Source: Hydrolagus affinis
Taxonomy: Eukaryota
Length of the DNA: 64,000 nt
NCBI GenBank assembly: GCA_012026655.1
Contig: JAAILG010000077.1
Coordinates: 62,001-126,000, forward strand
Direction: 5' to 3'
Below the pieces are notes generated by a model. That model ran no database searches. It saw only the letters and a program-made list of their open reading frames with translations, and was not told the DNA's origin. Made by a program: the position numbers and the translations under genes. Shown one piece after another: positions 1-14,110 of the stretch. Numbering within the stretch: position 1 is the stretch's first letter; each line of letters opens with the position of its first letter.

Positions 1-1520
1 TGATTGTTCCAAAAGTTTTAAACTGCATGATTTAAAAGGTACGGATCTGTTCCATTATATCTGAATATAAAGAGAACAATAATAACTTCAATTGGATAAT
101 ATAACAAACAAAATCTACAAAGGCTTCAACTTGATACCCATTTCAAGTCAGATCCCCACAGATAGAGACTTCAAACCCAGTTATAATTGCATTCTGCTAA
201 CACTAAAGAAATGCCTGGTCACACTTGGAACGAGTTCAGTAACTATAAAGAAAGCAAAAAATGTTTTCATTATTATCATGCAAATAATTACCATTCTAAA
301 AGAGCTTTAGCAATCCATTTAGGGACCATTTGGGCTTTCGGTATGATAAAGTTGATTTACTGGACCTTAATAAGATAACATTAGAAGCTATTGCCTGTGG
401 CTAATAACAGATTTTGTAGATAACTTGTGCGAATGCTTCAAAAGACCCTTTAATACACAAGACACAGTCAGGAAATTAATGGCAATGTAGACATGAAGGT
501 TCCAAATGTTTTACTATAAAACACTGATATAACTTTGCACAGCATGTTTCAGGCCATCTCTGTGCTGTTTCTATAATATTTTAGTAAAGCGAGGAGTATT
601 GATATTGGCTTAATATCATATGTGTATTAATTTATAAAAAAAATCAAAATTTTTAGATGAATCTTATATCAAAGTCTCCCGAATAAAAAAAAACTTTCCT
701 AGCGGGTGGTGTGATCATACTGTGTGATCATGTGCCAGTGCTCACTATCACAGGTTGGCAGGATGCAAGTTACCACCCACTATTCCCAGCACAGCAAGTT
801 CCGTCTGAGTTTCAGCCTTACCATCTGGAAGCAATGCCTATAGTATCCTAGGCACTTCTCCACACTGAGGACTGCTCAACCAGGGCTGCTCACAATCACC
901 TCCCTGTGATTGCTATAACACTGGTAACCTGCATGTCATCTTAACTCAGGAATGCTATATGGTGCATGGAGAACTAATAATAATAATTATTATTATCATT
1001 GTCCTTGGATTTTAAGATCTATTAACACTGAAACACCTTCAAGGCCGTTCACAGATGAACTGCTTATCTAGGGTATCGGAGGGGAGGGGATTGATGTTCA
1101 AAAACGGGGTTGGTGGTGGAGGAAAATCAATAGGAAAATATTCTTACTGTATGTTCCACGAGGATTTGTTCACCAAGTGACAAATTCTACCATAGGTCTT
1201 ATTTACTTCATTATACTACTGTAACAAGGGCATCAAAGCTCTCAGAAGATTTTGTACAATACAGAAACCTATCTACACCTCACACTTTCTCTCAAATTCA
1301 GTTGCACACTTTCAAGCTGAATCAATTGTGGAAGGACACAGGAATCTCAAAGCCTCATTTAAACCACTGTGCACATGTTGACCCGTGTGTGACAAAGCCC
1401 TTTGACATTGCAATTTGCAGCTTGTAAATCATATTCATCATGTCAGCTATCACATAATTCAGATTACGGTTGGATTTGATAATTTGTCCAATGATCCTTT
1501 TACATATGGCACAGAACCTT

Positions 1521-1674
1521 AACAATAATAATAAGAATAATAATCGTTACATTTGATATAGCACTTTTCACATCTTCTAAACATCTCAAAGCACTTCACA
1601 GAATATACTGTAAAGTGAATTAACTGTATATTTGTGGGCGAATTGCAACAGCCAAATGCGCACAGCACACAAAC
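1521..1674 (-). mobile_element. SINE 3' fragment
   Basis: Tail and part of core in reverse orientation. Confidence 0.85.
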
Positions 1675-2727
1675 CTGACACCTCCAATACATTGAAAGAG
1701 AAGAAAATCATCAGCCTGATCTACAGTGAACACCAAGGGTCAACTCTGGAGAGAAACAACGGCAGACCCACAAATGGTCAATTTACGTTGAATGTCACTA
1801 TCAAAATGATCCCTGGCACAGAGGTGCAGAAAGAACACATATTAATTCTAACAAATGCCACAAAATGTAATCATGTGTGGTCTGGCAAATCCCTTGGTTC
1901 TGGAGCCTCATTTAACAGGTCCCATTTGAATTCTAACTTCTTTCAGTCTTCACAAGCCTCCATGGACAAGGTTTGTGATTCTTGGCAGAGGCAGATGGGT
2001 TTGTAATGTTTTCGGAATATTGGTTTAGGACGTTTTGGAAGTTTCAGTTTGCAATGTCCAGGGGATGGGCTTTGCGAGGCAGGTAGTATCGCAACATTCT
2101 TCCACGTCGCGAGACAGCGCAGAGTCTGGATGAAAGTGTGCAAACGAGTGGCATTGCAGGTCGTTGCCGATGGCCTACATTTATACGTGGTGGGCAGTGT
2201 GACAAAGGTGGTGGCAACGCATAAAGTTCACTGGGAAACTTGGGACATCTTGTTCAAGGCACTAATTCAGCCAAATATACAATGCGACTGCCCCATAATC
2301 AAACCGCCCTCAAGCTGTAATACAATGCTACATAGGGGAAACTGCTTCACCCAGGATTTAGACACATCTGTATTTCACGTTTGCTTCTGTTGAATGATAA
2401 TGGTGTGGGGATAGCAGAGGTTGCAGAGGTATTTATAGCCTGAAGCATCCTCCGTACCTATTTAATAGAGAGCAGTATGAAAGCAGGGAGACAGCAAATA
2501 AGAGTAAAACATTGTAAAATGTCATAGCCTTTCCACCATAAATGGGAAGGAACAGACTCACATTTAAACCAGTGATGGCTAACCTTAATGGCCAAGCTTA
2601 ACAAGCCATTAACATATGGTACATTTCCCAGAGTGAATACTTCTTGATTTATGCCAATTGTGGATGGTCCAGGCCAAGATCAGGAACATATGGTTTTGTA
2701 ACTTGTCAAATTAATACCCTTCCCCAA

Positions 2728-2798
2728 TCCCCTCTCCACCCCCCCACCACTCCCCCCACCCCCCACTCCCCCCCACCACCCCACCCTCCCACCATCCC
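2728..2798 (-). other. C-tract cluster (G-quadruplex potential on the minus strand)
   Basis: More than eight runs of three or more C. Confidence 0.6.
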
Positions 2799-5700
2799 AC
2801 ATACACAGCAAAAAATTATTTTAAAGGAAACAATTGTTTTGGTCAAGTGGTTGAAACAATTTGTTCCACTCTGTATATAGACATATGTCTTACTGTAGGT
2901 GAAATAGATGTTTCCAAGAATGTGGTTGAAAATATCCCCTTTTGGCTGGGAGAAGGCATGGTTTCAGTGAAGCCAATTCCCTATCTTTCTCTCCTGCTCA
3001 TATTCAGAAGTGACAGGTCTCAGCGTAACACAGCAGGTGTGTCTGGGTGACAGGTAAGCGTGGCGCTTTCAAGTTGCGACCTTCTGGTTGGGAATCTGTC
3101 CTTCTTTTGCTTGAGATTGGGAGGGATGAAAAAAGGAGGGGGGAAGGGGGAATAGTATCCTCACAAGCAAGCAAACACGTTAAACAATGCTCCGTTCTCT
3201 TAATTTAAATCCGCCTTTTCAAGAAGATTTAAAAAGAATCTGCCATCAAAAACTCCTTCTTGTTTAAATAGGAATGCCAAAGGCTGTCTAGACTATAAAG
3301 GAAGAATAATATTCCATTGTGCATATGGAATTTTTATATCGCTTTGATATTCTGATCTGCTGCCTGGCCTACTGTTTGTAACTTGGCATGTCACCGTTAT
3401 ATTTATTGCAGCATCTAACACCACCCAGCTGTTCAAAGGATCCAAGATATAATAATTGTATAGAGTATAACATACCAGTCATTTCTTCTTGACTGAAGAC
3501 TTCTTGAATAAATATCCCTGAATGTTTTATGCTATTATTTATTTTCTCCTTCAAACAAGGTTGTGAGACAGATTTACTGAGGAGTCCTTCCAACTAAAGA
3601 AACAAAGATTCAACCTGTAGGTTATGGGCCCCACTTCCCATTGTCTACACAGCATAGGGCTGGTGAGACACTGAATTGAATGTCATTGTGCAAACTGAGA
3701 AGCATGCAGTGCACCCACTGTAACTATCGAAAGCTGTGGCAAAAGGATGCCAAAAGCAAATGATCCCTTGCTCGAATGTGGTGTTCAGAGTTAGTGTCAA
3801 GTCATAACCACATGCAAGTTATTTTATGATTTTATTGCAAAATATAATTTTCTTGAATACTGTACTTCATTAGAATGATTTGAAGAATATTTTGCTTATT
3901 TGTTTTTTTTTAAAATTCACCATAAGCAGCGTGTAAATTACCAAAGGAAGTCAGCATTAGTCAGGAATGTTGTTTTACACTGAAATCTTATGTACTTATC
4001 TCAACTTTCTCCCTGTTATCAGTAGCACTAATGAATCCGGTAAAAAGGCTAATAATAAACATCAACATCACATTTATTACCTCATTAAAATGACTGCTAA
4101 ATATTTAAATAAGTTCTTGCACATCGCTTGAAGATTTCTAACAGACTTGAGTATCATAAAATTAATGCTGCATGCATTTGAGTTGAAAAGTTCTATATGA
4201 ATTCAAACAGCAGGGGTTGGCCTTTTTAGTCCAACACTCAGAGAAAGTGCTAATAATTAACTCAAAAAGTCTATTTTGCACAAACGGTTTAATGGCCTTA
4301 AAACACACACAGCATTTTACATCCTAGCAAACCAAAGAGAAATATTTATCAGTTAAATACCCTGATACCGACAATTTTTGACAGCTGTATCTATTACAAT
4401 GTTCATTTAACTCCATAGTGGAAAGATGCTGCTATATTAAATATAGGCTACGATTGTACCACCAGTCATACTTTGGATGCAAAATACCAGTAGAAATTAA
4501 TCGTGAATCTGCAAATTAAATCCATTCCATTTTTTTGCCATGGTGGCTAAGATTTTAAAACAATCACTAAACTCTTACTACATGATCACCTAAGGCCACA
4601 TTCATAGTTAATTGCAGATTAACATTCAATTCAATATGCTGCACCCTCTTCAGATACTGTAGGTAAAGTTCTTTGATTTCAGAAATGCAGCTTTAAAGCT
4701 TCTTCGGTTCAAACTAATAATGTTATAAAATGATGAAGAAACAGCACTATCTGGGGTGTTGTTTGAAACTGCCAACTTAAGAAATGTGCTTTCCTTTATA
4801 AACTTTTGCCTTCCTTAGCATGCAGAACAAGAAATTGAAAGGTGAATGCTGTTCTATACAGTGTTTCTCAAGGATTGCCTCTGATGACTGCTGCTAACAA
4901 CTATGTAGTTATGATGAAAGCGATCCAGGACGCTACCCTACGTGAAGCGCACTACACAAATGCAAGTTGTTACTGTTGGGGTTGTTGCTGGTCTAGGATA
5001 ATCTCCTAGCTGATCTACCCCAGGGGTCTCTTCAGAATGATGACTCAACATTTCTTAAATACCTCCTACATTTTAAGAAGAAACTAAGCCAATCCCTGCT
5101 GTTGAAAAGATTGAGAAACAGTAAAATTACATCCCCTTGAATTCAAATATATATTCATAATGTTCGTAATGGTTCCAGTGGCAGCCGGGCACAGACACAA
5201 AATGCAAACTGTTGCGTGTTAACATCGAAAAACACTTTATCTTTTCGATCATTGACTTCAACTTTGTGAGCTTCCCAATTCATTTTAAAACCACAATAAA
5301 ACAAAGCATGAATATCTAATTTGATACATTTACAGTTAACAATGCGAGGACTGAAATTACAACAACAACAAAATTAGACTTGTATAGTGCCCTTCATATC
5401 AGGAGGACGTCCCAAGGTGCTGGGATGACAACTCCCTCAACCTTGGCCTGGAGTCAGTTTAATTGGTGATCATGATCAATGATTGAACAGGTTGAATATG
5501 GCCCATTGAAAGTGTGGAGTTGATGGATGGTTGGCGATGGGGAAGAAAGTGTGGGGTGGAGGGGGGGAAACATTTTCTCATTCAACACTTTATGTTCTTA
5601 AGAAGCATCTTACCCACACATGTACCCCTTACTGACTCCATACCAATTCCTCCCAGAGATTTTACAGTGCCCAGTCGGTGTGAAGTAAACAGCTCACAGA

Positions 5701-6067
5701 AACATCTGCAGTGCATGTCAGCACTTTGATGTGTTACAGATGCCATACCTCCAGTACAAGCAAGCAGACATTCAGCAATTGGAAGGGCACAGCACTTCAG
5801 GCAGTCTGACTTAGCACCAATCCTAAATGGCCCTGATTAATGGTCTTACTCTGTACTGACAATACATCACCTTCACAGTAAAGTCAACATTTCTGACAAA
5901 TTTAAATATGGAGCGTGTTACAAAGATATACAAAAAAAGCACCAGGCTGCCAAATTTGTGATCAATTTTCACCAATTTCTGTCTGGAGGGACTGCTTTTC
6001 ATTAGGTAGGATTTATTAAAGATCAAGTTCAAACTTCCTATAATGCAAGGCAAATTAAACAGGCTAT

Positions 6068-6487
6068 ATAAATAATCCTTGCATTTAATATAGTGCATTT
6101 CATGTCAGGGGGAAAGAAATCGCAAAGCGCTTCACAGGATTTACTGTAAAGTGTAGCGCTTGTGTATTTTGGAGGCAAACTGAACAGTCCAATTATTAGA
6201 ATTATCTGTCTGAGGCAAACGCAAATGGCCTTGCAATATTTATCAGCAAAAGAGCACAGAAAGAATTAGTTAGAGATTGCAAATTGAAATCAATCTAAAT
6301 CTGGTAGGTTAGAGAGATTGCAATTGAACTGCTCTTATTTAATTCCGAGGTGGCAAAAATACACAAGGTGCAAGTTTTGCACACACAATATACAGCCAAT
6401 TCACTATATTTAGTATATTCTGTGAAGTGCTTTGAGATAAAGAAGTTATAAGGCACTATATTAAATGCAAGGTTTGTTATTATTACT
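6068..6487. mobile_element. Two SINE 3' fragments in opposite orientation (6068-6190 minus, about 6370-6487 plus)
   Basis: Tail motifs on both strands. Confidence 0.7.
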
Positions 6488-7861
6488 AAAATGGCATCAC
6501 TGATGTTTCCCTTCACTCCTTTTCCCACCTCCCTCACAAAGAGAGCCTCACAGCCTGAAAAGCATTGTCCAAAGCCAGAATACCACTTACTCAAGAGGTC
6601 AATGGATCAACCACAAGTAAGAGGAATACCAATAGATGAGGAGGAGGGTGGGGGGGTTTAAGCGCTCTGTGACGCGGCCTGGCGTGGAGAGTGCTATGTA
6701 AATGCAAGTTGTCTTTGGTGGTGGTGGTGGGGAGGGGAAGACAAGTCAAACAGATCATCTTCTTTCACCCTGAGCGAGGATCCTAGTGGAGTGGGAAATT
6801 CTCCACACACGCAACTGACTTTGAACATCAGCCATCTCTAGGCGCTTAAAAGTGAGGAACTCAATGATGCAATGTGATCAAATAACCTGCTGCTCTGTTT
6901 AACCACACAACTATTGTTTGTAAAAATCCACCCTTCATATATAGTGAAGGCATGTGTCCAAAGCTCCCCTAGCATTGCAGTTTTGTGTCATTCCAAAGCA
7001 AAGAATCTGAGCTGTTAGATGTCATTCTCAAAGAAGGAATATGGGATAAATAGTTTAATAGTAATAATAATCAGCAGTCCTCCTACGAAGCAATAAAATC
7101 CAGGGAAATAGAACAAATAATGGTTTTGTCTTGAGCTAAGAATTGCTGTTCGCCTGCACAATACTAATTGTTCATAAAAGGATTTACTAACATCCAAAGT
7201 AAATTGATGTACACATGCCTTACAAATCCTCCGAGGAAACTCAAGTGAAAGAAAATCCTTTACACACCCTCTGTTCAAGAGGTTGTCTAAATATTTGTCT
7301 GCAGATTGGCGCCATATTATTGTCTGTTCATCATGACATCTGATACGTTTTAAAGTTACAGTGCAACATGTGAACAGAACTATTAATTCTAAATACTATT
7401 AGTTTAGTTTCAGTAACAATATCCCTTTCAAAAATAGAAAGTGTATAGGAAAATCAGGAAACATTTAAGCTTTTGACAGTAAACCACCCAGAGCATTAGA
7501 AACTTGTGGAAAAATAAAACAAAATTCTATTAAATCAGTCAATTAAAATAACGGACAGATTAATCAAGACGGTACACATTTAAACCAGTAATACATTGAT
7601 AGAAATGCCAAGTTTGATTCATGAAATTTAAATGGAAGGTGTAAATAATAATAATCCTTGCATTTAAAATACTGTAGCGTCTTTCATGTGGGGAAGACGT
7701 CTGAGGGTGCTTCATACAATTTACTGTTTATAAAGCAGGCATTGGGTATTTTGTAGACAAACAAATAAGCAAATATATAACACATCAGAAATAATGCTTA
7801 CTTCCTATGCCCTTTATGTTTTCAACACATTCTTCGAGTAATATAGATATAAATTTTTTTA

Positions 7862-8190
7862 TTCCTTACATTTGATGTAGCGTTTTTCACATCATCTAGA
7901 CATCTCAAAGCACTTCACCAAATATACTGTACCGTGAATTGACTGCACATTTGTGGGTGAAATAGAGCAGCCAATTGGGCACAGCAGTTTCCCACAAACA
8001 GTCGTGGATTGAAGTGACCAATTTATTATTGTTTTTTTCTTGACGGATTATTATCAGGCATGTGGAGTAAGGAAACTTGCCCAAAGTTTTGCCCTGCTGG
8101 GAATCAAACCCAGGTTTCTCGCTTTGAGACGTACCGAAGACATGATAAGGCGCTATATCAAATGCAAGAATTATTATTATTACTATTATT
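7862..8190. mobile_element. Minus-strand SINE (7862-8123) fused directly to a plus-strand SINE tail (8120-8190)
   Basis: Orientation switches at CGCTT, a sequence shared by both parts. Confidence 0.85.
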
Positions 8191-8469
8191 TCCAGCTTCC
8201 CTGGAAACACATAAAAGGTTAGTGATGCAGCACACATTCACTTCCAGTGATCTATTCCTCCATTTCAGACACATTTCATAAATTCAGGATCTGTTGAAAC
8301 GAGTGAGATTTTTGTATCCCAGCCGACTTAAGCCTATTCAGGTGGGAAAAATATTTCTCACATAATGTGAGAAAATAGGAACTATTCCACAATGTGAGGG
8401 AAGAATTTCCAGTATAAGTGTAATAGTGACTGATAATTTGAGGTAAATCAGGTACCAAAATAGGTTGGT

Positions 8470-8625
8470 ACAGTAGGAAAGAGAGAAAGTGAGAGGAAAA
8501 AGTAAGAAAGTTATATAGAGAAAGAGAAAGTTTGTGTGTGAGAGAAAGTTTGAGTGTGGGTGTGAGAGTGAAAACAAAAGTGTGTGCATGTGAGAGAAAG
8601 GAAAGTTTGTAAGGCAGAAAGTGTC
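8470..8625. repeat. Purine-rich degenerate minisatellite (GAGAGAAAGTTTG / GT units)
   Basis: Recurrent AGAGAAAGT units. Confidence 0.6.
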
Positions 8626-9218
8626 AAATAATTGTCCAATTAAATAAAAAGCAGAGTGAGCAACGAAAGTACAACATTCTGGAAAATTACATGAAAATGG
8701 GATCCCCATTAAAATCAGTACTGTACTCCTATTTAAAAAATGAAAGATCACTTGCAAAGAAATATAGTAAAAGAAATTCTCATGAAAATAATGCTCATTA
8801 ACTCTGGATGTTATACTGGGTTGTAATACAGTTACACCGTTTTTAAATATGTGACAGTAGCTCATAGCTATGTACACTATAAAGTTTTATAGTAAACAAC
8901 AAAGTTTAAAGACATTTATTTAACTACAATCTAACTTAGATTTTTTTCCTGTCTTCCCCCTGCCCCTTCAGAGATCTAACCACACAGGCTTGCATTTAGT
9001 TTACAGATGGCGCCAACCTTCAGCCTGTGAATGCTCTGGTTCCTTGCGCTGTGACTGGCAGCCAAAGACATTAAAGGGTATTGTTTTCCATCAGCAATTC
9101 TATAAATATCATTAAAAAAGTGGAGTTGCAGGGCATTGTGGCTTTTTTTTAAAAAAAATCAATAAGATATTATGCAAAGAAGAATTCATATTGTCCACGG
9201 CATATGTTTCGTGTTTAA

Positions 9219-10372
9219 TTCAAAGGGCACACAATGTGATGGTAACAATTATGTTGAAAGGCGGCGGAATGAAAGTTAAAAGACCATCTTCAGCGTCATG
9301 AACTGAGATCAGGGCAAAAAAGATATTTATAAAGCCAAGCTGTTTGTACTTCACAGAGGAAGCAGTGCTGGATCTAGAGCACACTGCTTCTGGACCTTCC
9401 TGGTTTTATGTAGGCAAGGTCATGTCAGTTACAACCTTAGGGTCACTGCAGTAAACATTAGCCCATCAAGATAAGAGCAGATCAGCAGATGATATTAATT
9501 ACCTGCTCTTTCAAGTCATCTCTGCTTCACATCTGTTTTCTCCCTGAAATGTTTAGCCGAGCCAATAAAAGCAGACAGAGACAGTGCTCCAGTGGCCTGA
9601 GACAGAAGAGAGAGTTTTTTTTAATAAAAAACAAAAGTCACACATGACCGCTTTTCAGAACTCTTCCACAGGCTTTGACTTTGATATTCACTTGTACCAT
9701 AAACATTCCCATTTTATTAGGAATGTCGCTGAAACATTACACAAAAGTGTCTAATTAAAAATCCCAGCATGGTCCTGATGCAGAGAATTATGGCACAGTT
9801 TAAAAAAAAATTTTAGGCAGGCAGTTTTATGTCATTCTGTGCCCTCTGCTTTTTATTCTTATGAATATCCCTTTTTTTTTCCCTTGTACTTTAATTTTTT
9901 TTTAAAAAGTCGCATTTTGTCTCTGAAGTCTTAACTTCCCCCCCCCCAACCCGCCCCGCCTCCTCTGAACACAAACCGAGATTGTGACAAGCAGCACCCC
10001 GAATTGCAGATCTCCACTGCACACTACGTTTATTCTGTCGAACCACATTCACATGCATCATTGGCATTCAAAGTCCCTTTTCTTTCAATTTCACAAACAA
10101 AGCCACTAGACCACTGAGTGCTCTAAACTCACAACACTTCACATTCTGTTTAGAGACCAGAGCTATTACAGTATCTGTTTGTCATACTTCTACTTTCCCA
10201 CAGGACATTCTGTGAGTTGTCCTTTCCACCAAGTGCAGCTTATCTTTGAAACAGGCTGCCCGCAGATAGGACAACAAAAGCACATCAAAGCCATTTATCC
10301 AGCAAGGCCTGATGTGGTTCCTGTTAATGCCAAGAAATTAATGTTGAATTAATGTTGAAAACACACTTTGAA
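9219..10372. promoter_or_regulatory. Putative Wnt-responsive enhancer (TCF/LEF motif cluster)
   Basis: CTTTGAW on either strand at 9219, 9679, 10067, 10244, 10284 and 10366 in unique sequence with no repeat I recognise. Confidence 0.45.
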
Positions 10373-13029
10373 TTTCAATAGACAACTTAGAAGATTCCAC
10401 GTTAACTCATGAGTTTCACACCTTATACTCTGTGGAATCATTCTGCTTTCTGCATTGTTCATGTTCTTTACTGCTGTCAGCCAAATCTTTATTATATTAT
10501 TAAGCCCAGCATTGGCTGTATTACAGCAAACTTGTATTTTCTAGAGTTAAATCAGAGTACAAACACTTTTGTACAAATGAATAAATGCCAATTAACCCTA
10601 TTATAAAACAAGGACTTGACAAAACAACCCAATCTGAAATGTTCTGCAATGTATTATGCACTAAATATGGGCTATGAAGTGTATTTGAATACGGCTCGAT
10701 ACTTCCCCTCAATTAGCAAAACTCTTCATCACAAACCTTTTGTACAAGTTCTGCTATTTATAAAGCTATTGGGATTCTTTGTCATTCACTAATATGAATC
10801 CTGAGAGGTTTAGGATTTGATATTTATACAACAAACGTATCTACATTGATTTACACAATGTTGTATGGGTTATTTGAAAGGTTCAGTAGCAAATATGTTG
10901 TACATGTAAACGTAAAACCAAGAGGAGGCTATTCAGCCTGTCGAGCCTGTTCTGACATTCCTCAATCTAACTGTTTTAGTGATTCACCAAGAACAAGCCT
11001 TCTGCTGGGATACAAGAACCCACAGACTTTCAACAACACTGTTGACAATCAACCGACAAGGTAATCAGTCACAAGCAAACAGGACTTTTTTTTACAATCT
11101 CCACTTGATTCTGCAAGTGACAGAGCAAGAAATAAAGTGCTAAAAGTACAAAACTTCCATGCAATGTAGATTGCATTCTACCAGATTTATGGTCACGCAA
11201 TCTTACCCCCTGCCCGCAGGCTGAGAACAGCAGATTCCATCTCCAATCCATTGATGACACTGATCTACCACTACCACTACTCACCTTTTGGTACCTCTTA
11301 TAAATGTTTGTTTCTTTCTGTTTTATCATCTCTTAAAATAGCCTAAAATTGACCACTGCAAACAAGATCCATATCCTCCACCATTTCAGAACTTGGACTT
11401 GCTCAGTGACCTCAATGCCTCAAGTTATCCCATTCTAAGCATTGTGCTCCTGAATTTTATGTGGTTACTTTTCATGGCTTTTCATGGCCTCGTTACATTT
11501 CCATTCCATCAGAAGTTAAGTGTAGCCAACTACACAAGAATGAAAATGTTTTAAAATGTTAGATAGTCAGAAACAATAGCAAACCCAAACCTTCATCCAT
11601 TTTTAAGTAGCTCATTAGTCTATTTATCTTTTACAAAAAGTTGCAGTTCAAAACTTTTTTTTCGGACTTTTCAATAATACAACAAATTCATTTGGTTTTT
11701 TTTATCACTGCCTTTTGTTCAAGGGTTTACATTTCTGAGCCAGCCTCTTCTTGATAGCAAACAGTAAAAGTTCTCCTCACAACTGAAAATAAAATACACT
11801 TAAACAACGTCCGTTTAATACCCTGGAGATGTTTTACACTTACTGCTGGCTCACTGTTTACTGGTATCTGGAGTGAGTTCAGTGAGTTCAGTCTTCAGTG
11901 TTGAAGATGAACATCAATAACAAAACACACATCAGGAAACAATCAGACAAAATTAGAATGACTTGTATTAGTACCGTTTAGCCAGAAGCAGACACTTCTG
12001 AAAACACATTTATGAAAATTAACAAGACATTCATACAAGCAAATCAGAATATGTTACAGTACTTAGGATGGAAATATATAGACAGCTAAATTTAAGACAA
12101 CGTCTTTGACAGCAATTTCAGTCATCCTTCTTCTCTCCACCCCCCAGCCATAACACGAGTGCCCAGCCAGAACTTGAGCACATTGAGAATTCCTCCCATA
12201 AAATATGTAAATTATATTGTTACAGTTAATACGATGTCACTCGATGAGTTTGATTATACACAGTGTATTGATTGCTGTTTCTACAAACACCAGGGAACAA
12301 TGGCTGCATGTTTGATAACTGGAATGAGGACAACGGATTCTGCCTGAATAGTCTCTTTTACACTCACTAAATGATCTGTCAGTTGTAGACAAATAAAAAT
12401 ACCAAATACATTAGTAACATAAGGCGATGAGCAAGTTACAAATGTATCTAAAACAATTACAATCGAAGGGATTATTAGCATTAAGCATTCAATTTGCCTG
12501 AAAGTACACTCGCCAATTACGATGAGATTTGTGTCTGTCACTGGAGTATGTTTGGGGGAAGCTGGTAAACTGATACAGATTTCCCAGAGAGAGGCACCCT
12601 CATGGACAGCACTATCTGAAACTGGTTTGTTAAGTGCTCAGAGAAGCTAGAAAATAAAGGGTGACATTTGAAAGCGAAGAACTTAAAGTGCGAAAATAAG
12701 AATACCCTGGAGCTACATTGGTTCTTCAGTTTGTTTCCAATCGCTCTTTTGTTCCTATGCTTTTGTAAGTTTGCTGAGCTCCTTTAGAGGTTGGTGATAA
12801 AGACGAATAACCCAATGTATAGAGTGTCAAACAGGAACTGGCTTTGCTCTCAACATCAATAATTCAGCCCAACAGGCAAGGAAAGCCCATCCACTGTACT
12901 ATACATCACCATTCAACAACTGGATAGGTTCAGATCTTGAGGTGATGTAGGTTAGCAATGTATTTTCAACTCTAAAAGCTGGGTGTGAATTCAACTGAGA
13001 CTGACAATACAATACAAGCTTAAAATGTA

Positions 13030-13118
13030 AAACAATGCAGATGCTGGAAATCTGAAACAAAAATAGAGATCACTGGGAATGCTCAGCAAGTCAGGCAGCA
13101 TCTATGGAGAAAGAAAAG
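13030..13118. mobile_element. Short fragment of a Penelope-like chondrichthyan repeat
   Basis: TGCAGATGCTGGAAATCTG...CTCAGCAAGTCAGGCAGCATCTATGGAGAAAGAAA matches a recalled shark repeat motif. Confidence 0.5.
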
Positions 13119-13799
13119 CTTGTCTTGTTCTATTATTATAAGGGATGTACTGTATATAAAATAGGAATTGGGCAAACTTAATCCAATCACTAATAACCGC
13201 AAGTCCACAGTGCAAAGTTGCCAGCAATTGACAAGTGCCCTTAGGGAAAGTCCTCTGCAACAACCCAACACATTACAAAGCATTCTGTCACTGAAGTAAA
13301 CAACTAAGGAATAAGTAGAGGTGTAATCCAGCACAGTATAAGTATGAAATATCGTTTTTCACAGTAGAAGACATTGGTTGGAATAACATTCCATTCTTGT
13401 AACCAAAGGGATGGGAGATCCATCCAAATTCACGGTGAAAATAATTTATGTAACAAAATGCACACTAAGAAACTAAAGTACTTGAAGGTTTACATTAAAA
13501 AGTGACCAGATAGAGATCTACCACCAAAGTTTACCATGAGCCCCGTAGGTACAGGATACTCTCTTGACAAAGACTCAGAACTGTTTTCTTTTTTTTAAAA
13601 AAGACACCCTGTATACAGGAAACTGAAGAGCTCAAAAACCCAACTCCCAACCTCCACCGTAATCTTCAGAACATAGCAAATGTTATTCCAAGCTTTTTTT
13701 AAAAAAAAAGGTCAGAGGTATGCTCCTAGAAATTAAAGGTACATCTCAACATTTATCTTGGAAAAATATTACAATCCATCATAATAAAGGAAGGCATTT

Positions 13800-14110
13800 T
13801 GATAGCAGCTAATGAAAGTACAGGATACAATTCATATTGTTGACATTACAGTTTATATCTTGACATCGCAGGAAAAAAATCCGATAAAATCATTCATAAA
13901 ACACGTATTGCTAAAAGGCAGAGGCCTCGCAATTTGGATAATTGTTTGGCTAGATAATAGGAAACAGAAGCTTTTCATCAAAGGTAATGGATCTAATTGA
14001 GCGACAGTGACCAGGAGAGTCCTCCAGGAATTGTCTGTCGGATCCTCGGCTGTTTATATAATTGATGTTAATAACCTCAGTAATGGTATTGAAAGTAATG
14101 ATGTGCTTAT
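13800..14110 (+). mobile_element. Degenerate CR1 reverse-transcriptase fragment
   Basis: WIIVWLDNRKQKLFIKG followed by a decayed VTSGVPQGSVLGP-like segment. Confidence 0.7.

Noticed and set aside
8338-8877. 179-aa minus-strand ORF
   Set aside because: Runs through a low-complexity purine-rich tract; F/L/S/H-biased with no recognisable domain
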